Positions 63,321-63,789 of a stretch of 63,789 nucleotides of DNA are shown piece after piece. A program made the translations under genes and the position numbers. The stretch is from a virus (taxonomy: Duplodnaviria > Caudoviricetes). Position 1 is the first letter of the stretch. Each line of letters starts with the position of its first letter. The notes under the pieces were generated by a model that was given only the letters and a program-made list of their open reading frames with translations, had not been told where the DNA came from and ran no database searches. The stretch is taken from the IMG/VR virus record IMGVR_UViG_3300027865_000008, positions 1 to 63,789 of that record. One strand, given 5' to 3'.

Positions 63321-63789
63321 ACCTAACAGAAGCGACCACAAAGACAACATTAAAACTCCAGGATAAAGCGGATACACTGTCTGTAAACGATATCCAGGAC
63401 ATAATCATTAATACTCTTGAACCATTCAGTAAAGATCTTCCCAGAAAAATTGTGGGGGATATCGATGGTGATGGAAGTTTTGATTATACTCCTCCTACGG
63501 GTTTTCTTGACGGATTCTCTGTAATCGATTCGATAGAATATCCTGCCGGGGAAAGAATACCAGTAAAGATGTTATTCGAGGACTGGACGATTTATGATGA
63601 TGGTGTAAATAAGAAAATACGTTTTCTGGTTGCTACGCCTGCAACCGGAGAAACTGCACGGGTCACGTATACAATTCCGTATGCTAAAGCTACGATCGTA
63701 AATATTCCAAGTAACCATATCGATGCATTCATTAATTTGGTAGCTTTTCATTGTCTTATGGCTATTGCTGTAAGATTTGGATTCTCACA
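63317..63789 (+). CDS. Head-completion/head-tail adaptor protein, N-terminal part (open to window end)
   Basis: ATG overlaps the previous stop; MNLTEATTK...IEYPAGE.IP...RVTYT.P...; no stop before the end. Confidence 0.75.
   Translation, partial: MNLTEATTKTTLKLQDKADTLSVNDIQDIIINTLEPFSKDLPRKIVGDIDGDGSFDYTPPTGFLDGFSVIDSIEYPAGERIPVKMLFEDWTIYDDGVNKKIRFLVATPATGETARVTYTIPYAKATIVNIPSNHIDAFINLVAFHCLMAIAVRFGFS

Overview
The window looks like a complete, apparently circular genome (about 63.8 kb, AT-rich) of a contractile-tailed phage, with essentially all genes on the + strand. The gene order is: Mu-like neck, tail and baseplate genes plus fibre/LamG genes (1-23 kb); small regulatory and accessory genes including a PAPS-reductase-family gene, an HNH nuclease and a split DNA methyltransferase (23-32 kb); a recombination/replication module with a PD-(D/E)XK nuclease, Sak4-like ATPase, DUF669 protein, ERCC4 nuclease, RecD2 and a primase-helicase followed by an iteron origin (32-42 kb); accessory genes, several behind one repeated promoter/operator (42-53 kb); a ParB-like/glycosyltransferase pair; and terminase, portal and a ChaB-protease-capsid fusion (55-63 kb). 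I recognised no integrase, transposase, reverse transcriptase or CRISPR array. The style of pyrE, the DUF1566 proteins and the secreted FN3-like proteins suggests a Desulfobacterota-like host (inference only). The most unusual signals are: (1) a circularly permuted tRNA-Pro-like cloverleaf between the pyrE stop codon and the next gene's Shine-Dalgarno; (2) one 65-aa domain inserted, without indels, into four different tail/baseplate proteins; (3) a methyltransferase broken by TAT-TGA-C directly after its SPPY catalytic motif, within RNA structure; (4) an unannotated RiPP-precursor-like Cys-rich peptide between terminase and portal; (5) a +1 TTT-CGT frameshift candidate in the tail chaperone; (6) a five-site palindromic operator regulon. 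All family assignments come from reading motifs by eye and from synteny; no database search was run.
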